This document shows, piece by piece, positions 11,234 through 20,405 of a DNA stretch of 64,000 nucleotides. The notes beneath the pieces are model-generated. The model was not told the origin of the DNA and did no database searches. It saw only the letters and a list, made by a program, of their open reading frames with translations. Numbering within the stretch: position 1 is the stretch's first letter; every line of letters begins with the position of its first letter. Source of the DNA: an uncultured SAR86 cluster bacterium. GTDB lineage: Bacteria > Pseudomonadota > Gammaproteobacteria > Magnimaribacterales > D2472. A program made the position numbers and the translations under genes. The stretch spans positions 92,864 to 156,863 of the forward strand of contig CACHRR010000002.1 of assembly GCA_902582355.1 (NCBI GenBank), given 5' to 3'.

Positions 11234-11725
11234 ATGAAGCTAAAGCAAAATTCCTCTTGGATGACATATAAAGAAATGATCAATCAAGTCAAAAATGACT
11301 CTATAAAATCTTGGCTCAGCGAGAGTGGCCCAATTACGAAACGTATTTCAGCAAATGAAAATTTCGAGTTAAATTTATTACGCGAAGAAATTGATGAAGT
11401 TGATGAAACAGAAAAAAAATATTTAGGAAATTCCATTGGTGATATAAAGGTGAGAGAGGTTCTCCTATTGGGTAACAAAGTTCCTAAAGTTTATGCAAAA
11501 TCATTGATACCAGTTAAAACAATTAGAAAGGGATTTTCAAAATTAGGAAGTCTAGGAACTAAGCCCCTAGGAGATATTTTATTTGAAAAAAATATTTTTA
11601 ATAAGATTGACGTCATGTATTCTTCTTTCGTACATGAAGATAGTATATTTTGGGGCAGAAAAACAAAATACTTAGTCAAAAATCTCCCCTTTTCTGTCAT
11701 GGAAATTTTTTTAATAGATAAATGA
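11234..11725 (+). CDS. ubiC: Chorismate pyruvate-lyase
   Basis: It lies upstream of and overlaps ubiA (ATGA). The 163-aa form from ATG 11234 has UbiC-like WL..SGPITKR, REVLL and LGTKPLGDILF segments. The track start at 10985 is antisense to rubredoxin. Confidence 0.7.
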   Translation: MKLKQNSSWMTYKEMINQVKNDSIKSWLSESGPITKRISANENFELNLLREEIDEVDETEKKYLGNSIGDIKVREVLLLGNKVPKVYAKSLIPVKTIRKGFSKLGSLGTKPLGDILFEKNIFNKIDVMYSSFVHEDSIFWGRKTKYLVKNLPFSVMEIFLIDK

Positions 11726-12576
11726 AAATTAAAATCCGCTCTTTTATAGAGCTTGCAAGACTAAATAAGCCTATTGGGATATATCTGCTTCTTTGGCCAT
11801 CTTTGTTGGGTTATATATTAGCAGGAATAAATTCTGAACTTCACTTTACAAATTTTTTAATAGTTTTAATTGGTTCTATATTAGTTCGATCCTGTGGTTG
11901 TGTAATAAACGATATAAGTGACTCTAAAATAGACAGGCATGTTAAGAGAACTATGAATAGGCCGCTTGCATTGGGTTCAATTTCTATAATTGAAGCATGG
12001 TTATTTTTCACAGTCTTAGGCATTTTATCGATTTTTCTACTATTTCAAACAAATCAACTAACTATTAAGATTTCCTTATTTTTTAGTATTTTAATAATCC
12101 TATACCCACTTACAAAAAGATTTTTTCTTGCTCCACAGTTTATTCTTGGTATTACCTTTGGATCTGGTTCAATAATTGCCTACTCTCTAGAATCAAATAT
12201 CTTCTCAATTTCAATTGCAATCTTATATTCTGGAATTATCGCATGGATAGTAAGTTTTGATACTTATTATGCCTTGGAGGATAAAAATGACGACTTAAAA
12301 ATTGGAATAAATTCTACTGCAATTTTGTGGGGAGGAAATGCAATAAAATATTCTAAAATGCTTCATCTGTTTTTTTATTTTTGTTTACTATTAATAGCAG
12401 TTATAAATAATTTTTCATTTGTCTTTTATCTAGTCTTTGCTGTATTGATATATCTCTTTTTCTATCAAAATAAATTTGTTAAAAATAAAAAATATATTAA
12501 AGCTTTTAAGATAAATAATGCTATTGGATTTGTCTCATTCATTGGCTTTTTTTTTGAAGTGGTATATCTAGCCTAA
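11722..12576 (+). CDS. ubiA: 4-hydroxybenzoate polyprenyltransferase
   Basis: 284 aa and polytopic, with the prenyltransferase Asp-rich motif NDISDSKIDRHVKRTMNRPL. Confidence 0.9.
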   Translation: MKIKIRSFIELARLNKPIGIYLLLWPSLLGYILAGINSELHFTNFLIVLIGSILVRSCGCVINDISDSKIDRHVKRTMNRPLALGSISIIEAWLFFTVLGILSIFLLFQTNQLTIKISLFFSILIILYPLTKRFFLAPQFILGITFGSGSIIAYSLESNIFSISIAILYSGIIAWIVSFDTYYALEDKNDDLKIGINSTAILWGGNAIKYSKMLHLFFYFCLLLIAVINNFSFVFYLVFAVLIYLFFYQNKFVKNKKYIKAFKINNAIGFVSFIGFFFEVVYLA

Positions 12577-13712
12577 TGAATACTAATATGAAATTTATTA
12601 GTGATTTTAGTTCTTTAGATGAATCTGAATATAATAATTTGTTAGATGCTAATGATGCGCCCTTTATTTCGTATTCATTTTTAAAAGCGCTTGAAAATTC
12701 TGGTAGTGTAGGAAATGCAACTGGATGGCAACCTAATCATCTTGCAAGTTTTAATAAAAATAAATTGAGTGGTTTTATTCCAATATACATAAAAAGTAAT
12801 AGCAACGGGGAATTTGTCTTTGATCATTCATGGTCATATGCATTAAGCAGAGCTGGCAGGAATTACTATCCAAAATTAATTTCAGCTATACCTTTTACAC
12901 CCTGCGAAACGAGAAAGTTTATAACAGAAGAAAGTTGTAAAGATTTTATAGAGGCTACATCTCACTATATGCACAAAAATAATATTGAAACTTGGCATAT
13001 TCTTTATCCAGACTCCGACCTAGGCAAAATATTAAAAGATAATGATTTTATTGAACGACACGGCTATAAATTTATTTGGAAAAATAAAGACTATGAAACA
13101 TTTGATGATTACCTAAATATATTCAAATCCAGACAAAGAAAAAATATTAAAAATGAAAGAAGAAAAATATCTGATTTAAAGATCACTTTTGATATAAAAG
13201 AAAGTAATAATTTGCTTAAAGAGGATTGGGAAATTTTTTATAAATTTTATAAAAATACATATGAAGAAAGAATGCAAAGACCCTATCTTAATTTAAAATT
13301 TTTTAAATCAATACATGCTAGTAGAAAAATCCTTAAACCAATTTTATTTTTTGCAATACATGAAAATAAAAGAATTGCGGGCTCATTATGCTTTCATGGA
13401 AATAACACTCTATATGGAAGACACTGGGGCTCTTTATACAATATTGATTCTCTTCACTTTGAAACGTGCTTTTATCAAGGCATTGAATTTTGTATAAAAA
13501 ACAAAATTAGTAATTTTGATCCTGGTGTGCAAGGCGAACATAAAATCAGGAGAGGATTTGAACCATCTAAAACAAGTTCTTTTCATCATATAAAAGAGAC
13601 TGATTTCAAAAGAGCAATAAATGATTTTTGCAATAAAGAAAAGATAGAGATAGAAAATTATCTTAAGGCTTGCGAAAGATATACACCCTTTAATAAAGAA
13701 TATAAAATTTAA
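12576..13712 (+). CDS. DUF482 / FemAB-like GNAT-fold protein
   Basis: 378 aa. Segments FVFDHSWSYALSRAGRNYYPKL and GRHWG resemble the PF04339 family as I recall it. Confidence 0.6.
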   Translation: MNTNMKFISDFSSLDESEYNNLLDANDAPFISYSFLKALENSGSVGNATGWQPNHLASFNKNKLSGFIPIYIKSNSNGEFVFDHSWSYALSRAGRNYYPKLISAIPFTPCETRKFITEESCKDFIEATSHYMHKNNIETWHILYPDSDLGKILKDNDFIERHGYKFIWKNKDYETFDDYLNIFKSRQRKNIKNERRKISDLKITFDIKESNNLLKEDWEIFYKFYKNTYEERMQRPYLNLKFFKSIHASRKILKPILFFAIHENKRIAGSLCFHGNNTLYGRHWGSLYNIDSLHFETCFYQGIEFCIKNKISNFDPGVQGEHKIRRGFEPSKTSSFHHIKETDFKRAINDFCNKEKIEIENYLKACERYTPFNKEYKI

Positions 13713-13714
13713 GA

Positions 13715-14140
13715 ATGTCTAAAATTTTACCAAAAACAAGTCATCAAATAACAGTTTGTGAAAGCAATTTTTTGAGATTAAAAAAAATACTCCAAGACTT
13801 TTCAAAAGATATCTATCTTTTTGAAACAGTAAATCCAGATTTAACCTCAAATCCAATATCATTTAAAGTAATACATAGAACAAAACATACTTTACTAATC
13901 GAAGCTAAACAGAAAATCGAATTAGGTCAGATAAAAAATTTTACAATGAGAATCCAAGTATCATTAGATGCAAAACTATCTGAAGTTATATCATTTCAGG
14001 GTGAGAAAGCTGTTCCGCATTTCATGAAAATATTAAAGATGCAGTCAAAAGATGAAAAAATACAACAAAATAGGTTTCTTACAGAGTGGCTTGAGAGTAT
14101 ATTTTTATCTGGTATAAATACTGAATACAAAATTAAATGA
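13715..14140 (+). CDS. DUF1249 (YqiB-like) protein
   Basis: 141 aa. CESNFLRLKKIL, DAKLSEV and DEKIQQNRFLTEWL line up with E. coli YqiB features. It is followed by yqiA, as in enterics. Confidence 0.6.
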   Translation: MSKILPKTSHQITVCESNFLRLKKILQDFSKDIYLFETVNPDLTSNPISFKVIHRTKHTLLIEAKQKIELGQIKNFTMRIQVSLDAKLSEVISFQGEKAVPHFMKILKMQSKDEKIQQNRFLTEWLESIFLSGINTEYKIK

Positions 14141-14712
14141 TAAAGACAATTCTTTATTTTCATGGCTTTGCTTCATCATCTAATTCTAATAAAGCAAAAA
14201 TAATAAAAAATTATATTTCTAAGTTATCCAAAAAAATAAATATTATTATTCCTGATATAAATAATGATTTCAAAAAGGCTGTCCCTCAAATAAATCATTT
14301 AATAAACAAAAATGAAAAAGAAATTGCATTTATGGGTAGTTCTCTAGGTGGCTATTATGCAAGCATCTTTTCAAATCTTACAAACTCTAAAGCTGTTTTG
14401 ATAAATCCTGCTATTCCACCATTAATTGGGTTTGAAGAGCATCTTGGTAAAAATAAAAATTATTCTACTGGGGAGAAGTTTTTTATATCTAAAAAAGATA
14501 TTGAATTTTTACGATCGCTTAATAAAAAAAAATTTAGAAATCAGAAAAACACATTAATTTTGTTAGAGTCTGGTGATGAAGTATTGAATTATTTAAAAGC
14601 AACAAATTACTATGAGGGATCAAATATTGACATTAAATTTGGGGGAAATCATTCATATGAATCGATTAATATAAAACTCCATAAGATATGCAGTTTCCTA
14701 AAAATTTATTAG
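14137..14712 (+). CDS. yqiA: YqiA-type alpha/beta-hydrolase esterase
   Basis: 191 aa with ILYFHGFASS and nucleophile elbow GSSLGG. It overlaps the upstream gene by ATGA. Confidence 0.65.
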   Translation: MIKTILYFHGFASSSNSNKAKIIKNYISKLSKKINIIIPDINNDFKKAVPQINHLINKNEKEIAFMGSSLGGYYASIFSNLTNSKAVLINPAIPPLIGFEEHLGKNKNYSTGEKFFISKKDIEFLRSLNKKKFRNQKNTLILLESGDEVLNYLKATNYYEGSNIDIKFGGNHSYESINIKLHKICSFLKIY

Positions 14713-14744
14713 ATTGATCTGAAATTGAACAAAATACTTTATTT

Positions 14745-14761
14745 TGCACTTGATTAATGCA
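14745..14761. promoter_or_regulatory. NtrC-box-like palindrome upstream of glnII
   Basis: TGCACTTGATTAATGCA matches the outer arms of the enteric NtrC consensus TGCACC-N5-GGTGCA. It lies 91 nt upstream of the glnII ATG. Confidence 0.25.
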
Positions 14762-14851
14762 TAATAATAACATTATTTGTGCAATTTTGATCTTTTCATC
14801 TTTTAGCACAAAAATTATCATAATTATGAATTTTATTTTTAGGAGAAATAA

Positions 14852-15820
14852 ATGAAAACATTCGAATATATATGGCTTGATGGCTATCAACCAGAGCCAA
14901 TGATGAGAAGTAAAGTAAAAGCAACAGAAGATGAAACTCCTCCAGATTGGTCATTTGATGGATCATCAACACAACAAGCTGAGGGTGGAAGTTCGGATTG
15001 TCTACTTTTGCCAGTTCAAACTTATTCAAATCCAAATGGTCATGATCTAGTAATGACTCAAGTTCAGTCTGCTGATCACACTACGCACCCTTCAAATTTT
15101 AGAGCAGCTGCTGCTGAGGTGGTAACTGACGAATGGTGGTTTGGTTTTGAGCAAGAATTCTTTTTTACTGATCCCCAATCAGGAGAACCACTTGGATGGG
15201 AAGATGGTGAGCCTAGAGAACAAGGCGAGTATTATTGTGGAGTTGGTGCAAGCAATGTTGTTGGTAGAGAAATCTCTGATGCGCACCTCCAAGCTTGTCT
15301 AGATCTTGGTATTACTTTGACAGGAACTAATGCCGAGGTAGCTCTTGGACAATGGGAGTATCAGTGTTTTGGAAAAGGAATCAAAGCTGCAGATGATTTG
15401 TGGGTTAGCCGCTATCTATTATATAAAATTGCAGAGGAATTTGGAGTTGGTGTAAATATTCATCCAAAACCAAAAACTGGTGATTGGAATGGCTCTGGTA
15501 TGCATACTAATTTTTCAAATGAAATGATGAGGTCTTCTGGATCTGAGGAATTATTTAGTTCTATGTGTGATAAATTGGGCGAAGTTCATGATCAAGGTAT
15601 TGCAGCTTATGGTTCAGATAATGACATGAGGTTAACAGGATTGCATGAAACTCAAAAAATAACCGAATTTTCTTATGGAGTTAGTGATAGAGGTGCTAGC
15701 ATAAGAATACCAGTTTATACAGTTGAACATAACTGGAATGGTTATCTTGAAGATAGAAGACCTGCCTCCAATGCAGATCCCTATAAAATCTTGGCACATA
15801 TTGTAGGAACGCTTTCATAA
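14852..15820 (+). CDS. glnII: Glutamine synthetase type II (eukaryote-like GSII)
   Basis: 322 aa with EYIWLDG, FDGSST, HPKPKTGDWNGSGMHTNFS and DRGASIRIP. SD is AGGAG. It is too short for GSI and lacks a GSI adenylylation loop. Confidence 0.85.
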   Translation: MKTFEYIWLDGYQPEPMMRSKVKATEDETPPDWSFDGSSTQQAEGGSSDCLLLPVQTYSNPNGHDLVMTQVQSADHTTHPSNFRAAAAEVVTDEWWFGFEQEFFFTDPQSGEPLGWEDGEPREQGEYYCGVGASNVVGREISDAHLQACLDLGITLTGTNAEVALGQWEYQCFGKGIKAADDLWVSRYLLYKIAEEFGVGVNIHPKPKTGDWNGSGMHTNFSNEMMRSSGSEELFSSMCDKLGEVHDQGIAAYGSDNDMRLTGLHETQKITEFSYGVSDRGASIRIPVYTVEHNWNGYLEDRRPASNADPYKILAHIVGTLS

Positions 15821-15839
15821 TCATTTTGATCTAATTAAT

Positions 15840-15863
15840 CTGCCCTATTAAAAAATGGGGCAG
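15840..15863 (+). terminator. GC-rich hairpin between glnII and ntrB (attenuator/terminator candidate)
   Basis: CTGCCC-tattaaaaaatg-GGGCAG is a 6-bp GC stem with no following U tract. It is the only GC-rich palindrome I saw in an intergenic spacer. Confidence 0.3.
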
Positions 15864-15873
15864 AATAGTAATA

Positions 15874-16953
15874 ATGCGAATAAATGAATCTGAATTATCC
15901 TTTTTAAATCAACTTACATCTGAGATTATTATACTTGATGAAAATCTCCAGATTATATGGCTGAATTATTCTGCTTTAAACAAAGGCTGGGTATTGGCTT
16001 CAAACAAAAAAAATATAATTACAGAACAGCTTTCTGAAATAACAAATAATTCTCTTGTAAGTCTCTTTAAGAATTCAATTAGAAATCATATATCTCAAAC
16101 TAAAAGAGATTTCGAACTTATAAACTCAAAGCTTGAAAAAAGAGAGATCGATATCACAGTAAGGTGGAGTAATTCTTATGAATGTTTAATAGTTGAGATC
16201 ATGTGCGTTGACAATCTAAATAAAATCGTTGATTCAACAAAAACATTTTCAATTCAAAAAATAGCTGCGAATCTTGCAAGGACCTTGGCGCATGAGGTTA
16301 AAAATCCTTTATCAGGTATTAGAGGGAGTGCACAAATCTTATATAAAAAACTTGATGATAGTTTCTCTAAAAAATTTCTTAATATCATTATTGAAGAAAC
16401 AGACAGATTAAACTCTATAGTAACAAAAATTCTTACGCCTCCAGCGAAACCAAATTTAAGTTTATTTAATGTGCATTCCGCACTTGAAAAAGTTTATGCC
16501 TTAGCAGAAGCAGATAAAAATAGTAAAATTAAGTTGATAAGAGATTATGATCCTAGTATTCCTGAAATCAACGGAGATGAAAATCTTTTCATTCAAGCGA
16601 TTTTGAATATAGTTAAAAATGCGCAACAAGCAATTCAAAATATTGATGATCCTATAATTATAATTAGATCAAGAATTGAGTTCGGGAAACCTGTAAATGG
16701 TAAAATACATCAAATCATTTGTTCAATTCAAATAAAAGATAATGGTCCTGGTATTCCCGTTGAACTTCATGATCAAGTTTTTTTTCCAATGGTATCAGTC
16801 AAAGAAAATGGCTCAGGTCTTGGGCTTACAATTGCTCAAGACATAATAAGAATTCATGGAGGTGGAATTATATTTAATTCTCAGCCTGGCGAAACAGTAT
16901 TTTCAATTCACGTACCTATCAGAATGGAAGAAGAGGAGATAAAAATTGCATAG
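15874..16953 (+). CDS. ntrB: Nitrogen regulation sensor histidine kinase NtrB
   Basis: 359 aa with H-box HEVKNPLSGIRGSAQIL, N/G boxes (NIVKNAQQA, DNGPGIP, GSGLGL) and an N-terminal PAS-like region. Confidence 0.85.
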   Translation: MRINESELSFLNQLTSEIIILDENLQIIWLNYSALNKGWVLASNKKNIITEQLSEITNNSLVSLFKNSIRNHISQTKRDFELINSKLEKREIDITVRWSNSYECLIVEIMCVDNLNKIVDSTKTFSIQKIAANLARTLAHEVKNPLSGIRGSAQILYKKLDDSFSKKFLNIIIEETDRLNSIVTKILTPPAKPNLSLFNVHSALEKVYALAEADKNSKIKLIRDYDPSIPEINGDENLFIQAILNIVKNAQQAIQNIDDPIIIIRSRIEFGKPVNGKIHQIICSIQIKDNGPGIPVELHDQVFFPMVSVKENGSGLGLTIAQDIIRIHGGGIIFNSQPGETVFSIHVPIRMEEEEIKIA

Positions 16954-18322
16954 TATTTGGATAGCTGATGATGATGAAGCTATTAGACTTGTACTTGAAG
17001 AAAGTCTATCAAGTTCAGGATATAAAACTAAAAGCTTTGCTTCAGGAGAAGATTTAGTCAAAGAACTTGAAAAAGATAAACCTGACCTTGTAATTACTGA
17101 TATTCAAATGCCAGGAATGTTAGGATATGATCTTCTTAAACATATTAATAACAATTTTGATGATCTTCCTGTAATTGTAATGACTGCATTTTCAGACATG
17201 CAAGCTGCTGTTGAATCATTTGGTGGAGGCGCATTTGAGTATCTACCAAAACCGTTTGATCTTGAAGAGGCTACTAATATTATTGAAAGGGCTTTCGAAG
17301 AAAAACCAAAAACCAAATCTCTGAGAACAGAATCAAAAGTAGACATAATCGGTGAATCTAAATCAATGCAAGACGTATTTAGATCAATAGGAAAATTATC
17401 AAGTACAATAGCAACAGTTCTTATTCAAGGTGAGTCTGGTACTGGCAAAGAATTAATTGCAAAATCTCTTCATAAAAATAGTCCAAGAAATGATATGCCT
17501 TTTATAGCATTGAATATGGCAGATATTCCAAAAGAATTGGTTGAATCAGAATTATTTGGACACGAAAAAGGTTCATTCACAGGAGCAGTTGATAAGAGAA
17601 TAGGTAGATTTGAGCAAGCAAATGGAGGTACTTTATTTCTTGATGAGATTGGAGATATGCCATTAGACTCACAAACTAGACTTTTGCGAGTGCTTTCAAA
17701 TAAAGAATTTTATAGGGTAGGTGGAGATAAACCAATTAAAGTAGATGTTCGTATAATAGCAGCAACTCATCAAAATCTTAATAACTTAGTATCACAAAAA
17801 AATTTTAGAGAAGATCTTTTTTACAGACTTAATGTTATAAAAATCAATGTGCCACCCTTGAGAGATAGAAAAGAAGATATAAGTGATTTATCGAAATATT
17901 TCTTAAAAAAATATTCAGACTCTCTAGACGAAGATCTAAGGGTAATTTCAGATGAGGCATTAAATTTATTAATTAAATTTGATTGGCCTGGCAATGTTAG
18001 ACAATTAGAAAATGTTTGTTATTGGTTGACATTGATGTCTCCCTCTCAAAATATAAAAACACAAGATTTGCCGATTGAAGTCAAAGAATTTGAAGTTTCG
18101 GATATTCCATCTACTTCTTGGGAGGATGGAATGCAAATTTGGCTTAAAAATGTATCAATGAATATTGAATCTGGACTCTCAGATATCGCAATTTCTAAAA
18201 TTGAAAAGATGTTAATAAGGACTGCCTTAGAAAGGTCAAATGGCAAAAAAAATGATGCTGCTTTAATTCTTGGATGGGGAAGAAATACCTTATCAAAAAA
18301 AATGAAGGAACATGGAATTTAA
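16946..18322 (+). CDS. ntrC: Sigma-54-dependent nitrogen response regulator NtrC
   Basis: 458 aa with a receiver domain ([16 protein letters not shown]), an AAA+ sigma-54 activator core ([14 protein letters not shown]-like GSFTGA) and a C-terminal HTH. Confidence 0.9.
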   Translation: MHSIWIADDDEAIRLVLEESLSSSGYKTKSFASGEDLVKELEKDKPDLVITDIQMPGMLGYDLLKHINNNFDDLPVIVMTAFSDMQAAVESFGGGAFEYLPKPFDLEEATNIIERAFEEKPKTKSLRTESKVDIIGESKSMQDVFRSIGKLSSTIATVLIQGESGTGKELIAKSLHKNSPRNDMPFIALNMADIPKELVESELFGHEKGSFTGAVDKRIGRFEQANGGTLFLDEIGDMPLDSQTRLLRVLSNKEFYRVGGDKPIKVDVRIIAATHQNLNNLVSQKNFREDLFYRLNVIKINVPPLRDRKEDISDLSKYFLKKYSDSLDEDLRVISDEALNLLIKFDWPGNVRQLENVCYWLTLMSPSQNIKTQDLPIEVKEFEVSDIPSTSWEDGMQIWLKNVSMNIESGLSDIAISKIEKMLIRTALERSNGKKNDAALILGWGRNTLSKKMKEHGI

Positions 18323-18723
18323 ATTAATGGGAGGTTGTCCATCTTCCATCCATTAATACCACCTTTTAATATATAAATATTGTCAAATCCCTCTTTTTTT
18401 AGAGTTTCACCTGCATTCGGAGATGAGCTTCCCATATCACAAACAACAATAATATGTTTATCATACTGCTTGATTTCATTACATCTATTAATTAAATCTT
18501 TGAGAGGTATGTTTTTTGATGATGTGATGTGTCCTGATTTAAAAGACTCAGAATCACGAATATCAATTATCAGCGCTTTATCTTGATTTGAAAAATTTAT
18601 TAATTCTTGAGCTGATATTTTCTTCCCTCCTTTTTTTGCATTTGATATAAGCAATAAAACTATTACAACTGCTAATGGTACTGATAGATAGTAATGATCA
18701 ATTAAAAAATTAACTAGTTCCAT
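18319..18723 (-). CDS. Membrane-anchored rhodanese-domain protein
   Basis: 134 aa with an N-terminal TM helix, then a rhodanese fold (IIDIRDSESFKSGHI, active-site-like VVCDMGSSS, GGINGW). Confidence 0.7.
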   Translation of the reverse strand: MELVNFLIDHYYLSVPLAVVIVLLLISNAKKGGKKISAQELINFSNQDKALIIDIRDSESFKSGHITSSKNIPLKDLINRCNEIKQYDKHIIVVCDMGSSSPNAGETLKKEGFDNIYILKGGINGWKMDNLPLI

Positions 18724-18769
18724 TTGTATATTATCTATTAAAATGATTGATATTAATTAAAAAAATTTA

Positions 18770-19393
18770 ATGAAAGAAAGAAATCTTATTTTAGTTCGTC
18801 ATGGGCAAAGTGAATGGAATGAAAAAAATCTATTCACTGGATGGGAAAATCCTGGCTTAACAAGTAAAGGATATAGCGAAGCAAAATTTGCAGGGATTCT
18901 TATTAAAGAACTTAAATTAAAATTTAATTGTTTATTTACTTCAGCATTAATTAGAGCACAAATTACAGGAACAATTATTTTAGAAAACATTAAACAAGAA
19001 GATATTTATATAATAAAAGACCAAGCTCTCAACGAAAGATTTTATGGTGATCTTCAAGGACTTAATAAAGACGAGTGCAGAAAAAAATGGGGTAATGATC
19101 AAGTTCAAGTGTGGAGAAGATCCTATGATGTTGGACCTCCAGGTGGAGAATCATTAAAACAAACTGGAAAAAGAGTTTTGCCCTACTTTTTAAAAAAAAT
19201 CTATCCAAAAATACTAAAGGGTGAAAATATTATAATTTCTGCCCATGGCAATTCTCTAAGATCATTGATTAAACACTTAGATGGCTTGTCAGCAGAAGAA
19301 ATTGTTAAATTAGAAATTCCTACTGGTGCTCCTATTCATTATCTTTTTAATAAAAATGGTGAGATATTAGATAAAAAAAACTTAATTGAATAA
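18770..19393 (+). CDS. gpmA: 2,3-bisphosphoglycerate-dependent phosphoglycerate mutase (short form)
   Basis: 207 aa with the histidine phosphatase motif LVRHGQSEWN, plus ERFYG and SAHGNSLR. Confidence 0.85.
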   Translation: MKERNLILVRHGQSEWNEKNLFTGWENPGLTSKGYSEAKFAGILIKELKLKFNCLFTSALIRAQITGTIILENIKQEDIYIIKDQALNERFYGDLQGLNKDECRKKWGNDQVQVWRRSYDVGPPGGESLKQTGKRVLPYFLKKIYPKILKGENIIISAHGNSLRSLIKHLDGLSAEEIVKLEIPTGAPIHYLFNKNGEILDKKNLIE

Positions 19394-20405
19394 TTTAAAT
19401 CAAAATAACAAAGACTTTTCTGATGCGGTATCGAACTGGTTTTTTACTTCAGGTAGAAATAACTTGCCATGGAGAAAAAAAATTTCTCCATATAGAGTAT
19501 GGATATCAGAAATTATGTTACAACAGACAAAAGTCAATACCGTAATTCCCTTTTTTAAAAAATTTATAAAAAAATATCCTAACTTACAATCTTTATCTGA
19601 TGCATCGGAAGATGATATTTTGGCTCTTTGGTCAGGCTTAGGTTTTTACAAAAGAGCAAAAAATATTTTTAAAACTAAAGAAATAATTAAAAATTCTTTT
19701 AATAATACTTTTCCTAAAAAATTTGATGAATTAATTCTTTTACCAGGCATTGGTAAATCTACCGCTGGCGCAATAATGTCAATTGCTTATGGAAAATCTT
19801 TTCCAATACTTGATGCGAATGTTAAAAGAGTTATTTCGAGATTTGATAATATAGACATTAAAAGCAAAGGAGCAATCAAAAATTTATGGGAAAAAGCTGA
19901 AGCTTATACCCCTAACAAAAATATTTTTGAATACACTCAAGGAATAATGGACCTAGGTGCAACAATTTGTCATTCAAGATCTCCAAGCTGTGTTGAGTGT
20001 CCATTAAATTATTCTTGTAAAAATGCCTATAAAAAATTTGATATAAGCAAAAGGAACAAAAAACAAAGGTTAACTAAAAAAATAAATTTTACGCTTGCTC
20101 ATTCAAATGAAACATTTTTATTATTTAGAAAAAATGATAAAAGTTTTTGGGAGAGTTTATGGGTTCCATATGATAATAAATATAATCTTAAATCAGATAT
20201 TTTTAAGCAACCAGAAAAAAGTCAAGTCCAAAATTTAAGTCATGCTCTGTCTCATATTAACCTTGATATAACTGTTGAAATATTTGACTACAAAAAGCCT
20301 TTTAAAATTGAAACAAATCTTGAATATCAATGGATTAATAAACAAAAAATTAATCAATTTGGCCTTCCAAAACCAATAAAGTTTATAATAGAAAATTATG
20401 TCTAA
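19386..20405 (+). CDS. mutY: A/G-specific adenine DNA glycosylase
   Basis: 339 aa with an HhH-GPD region (LQQTKV, PGIGKSTAGAI) and a 4Fe-4S cluster loop C-x6-C-x2-C-x5-C (CHSRSPSCVECPLNYSC). Confidence 0.85.
   Translation: MNNLNQNNKDFSDAVSNWFFTSGRNNLPWRKKISPYRVWISEIMLQQTKVNTVIPFFKKFIKKYPNLQSLSDASEDDILALWSGLGFYKRAKNIFKTKEIIKNSFNNTFPKKFDELILLPGIGKSTAGAIMSIAYGKSFPILDANVKRVISRFDNIDIKSKGAIKNLWEKAEAYTPNKNIFEYTQGIMDLGATICHSRSPSCVECPLNYSCKNAYKKFDISKRNKKQRLTKKINFTLAHSNETFLLFRKNDKSFWESLWVPYDNKYNLKSDIFKQPEKSQVQNLSHALSHINLDITVEIFDYKKPFKIETNLEYQWINKQKINQFGLPKPIKFIIENYV

Noticed and set aside
14804-14819. Sigma-54-like element TAGCAC-N5-TTATC upstream of glnII.
   Set aside because: It lacks both the -24 GG and the -12 GC dinucleotides, and the whole leader has no GG outside the SD.
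15792-15806. TGGCAC inside the 3' end of glnII, as a possible sigma-54 promoter for ntrBC.
   Set aside because: The -12 position reads GTAGG, with AG where GC is required at the fixed spacing. This is most likely a chance hexamer in coding sequence.
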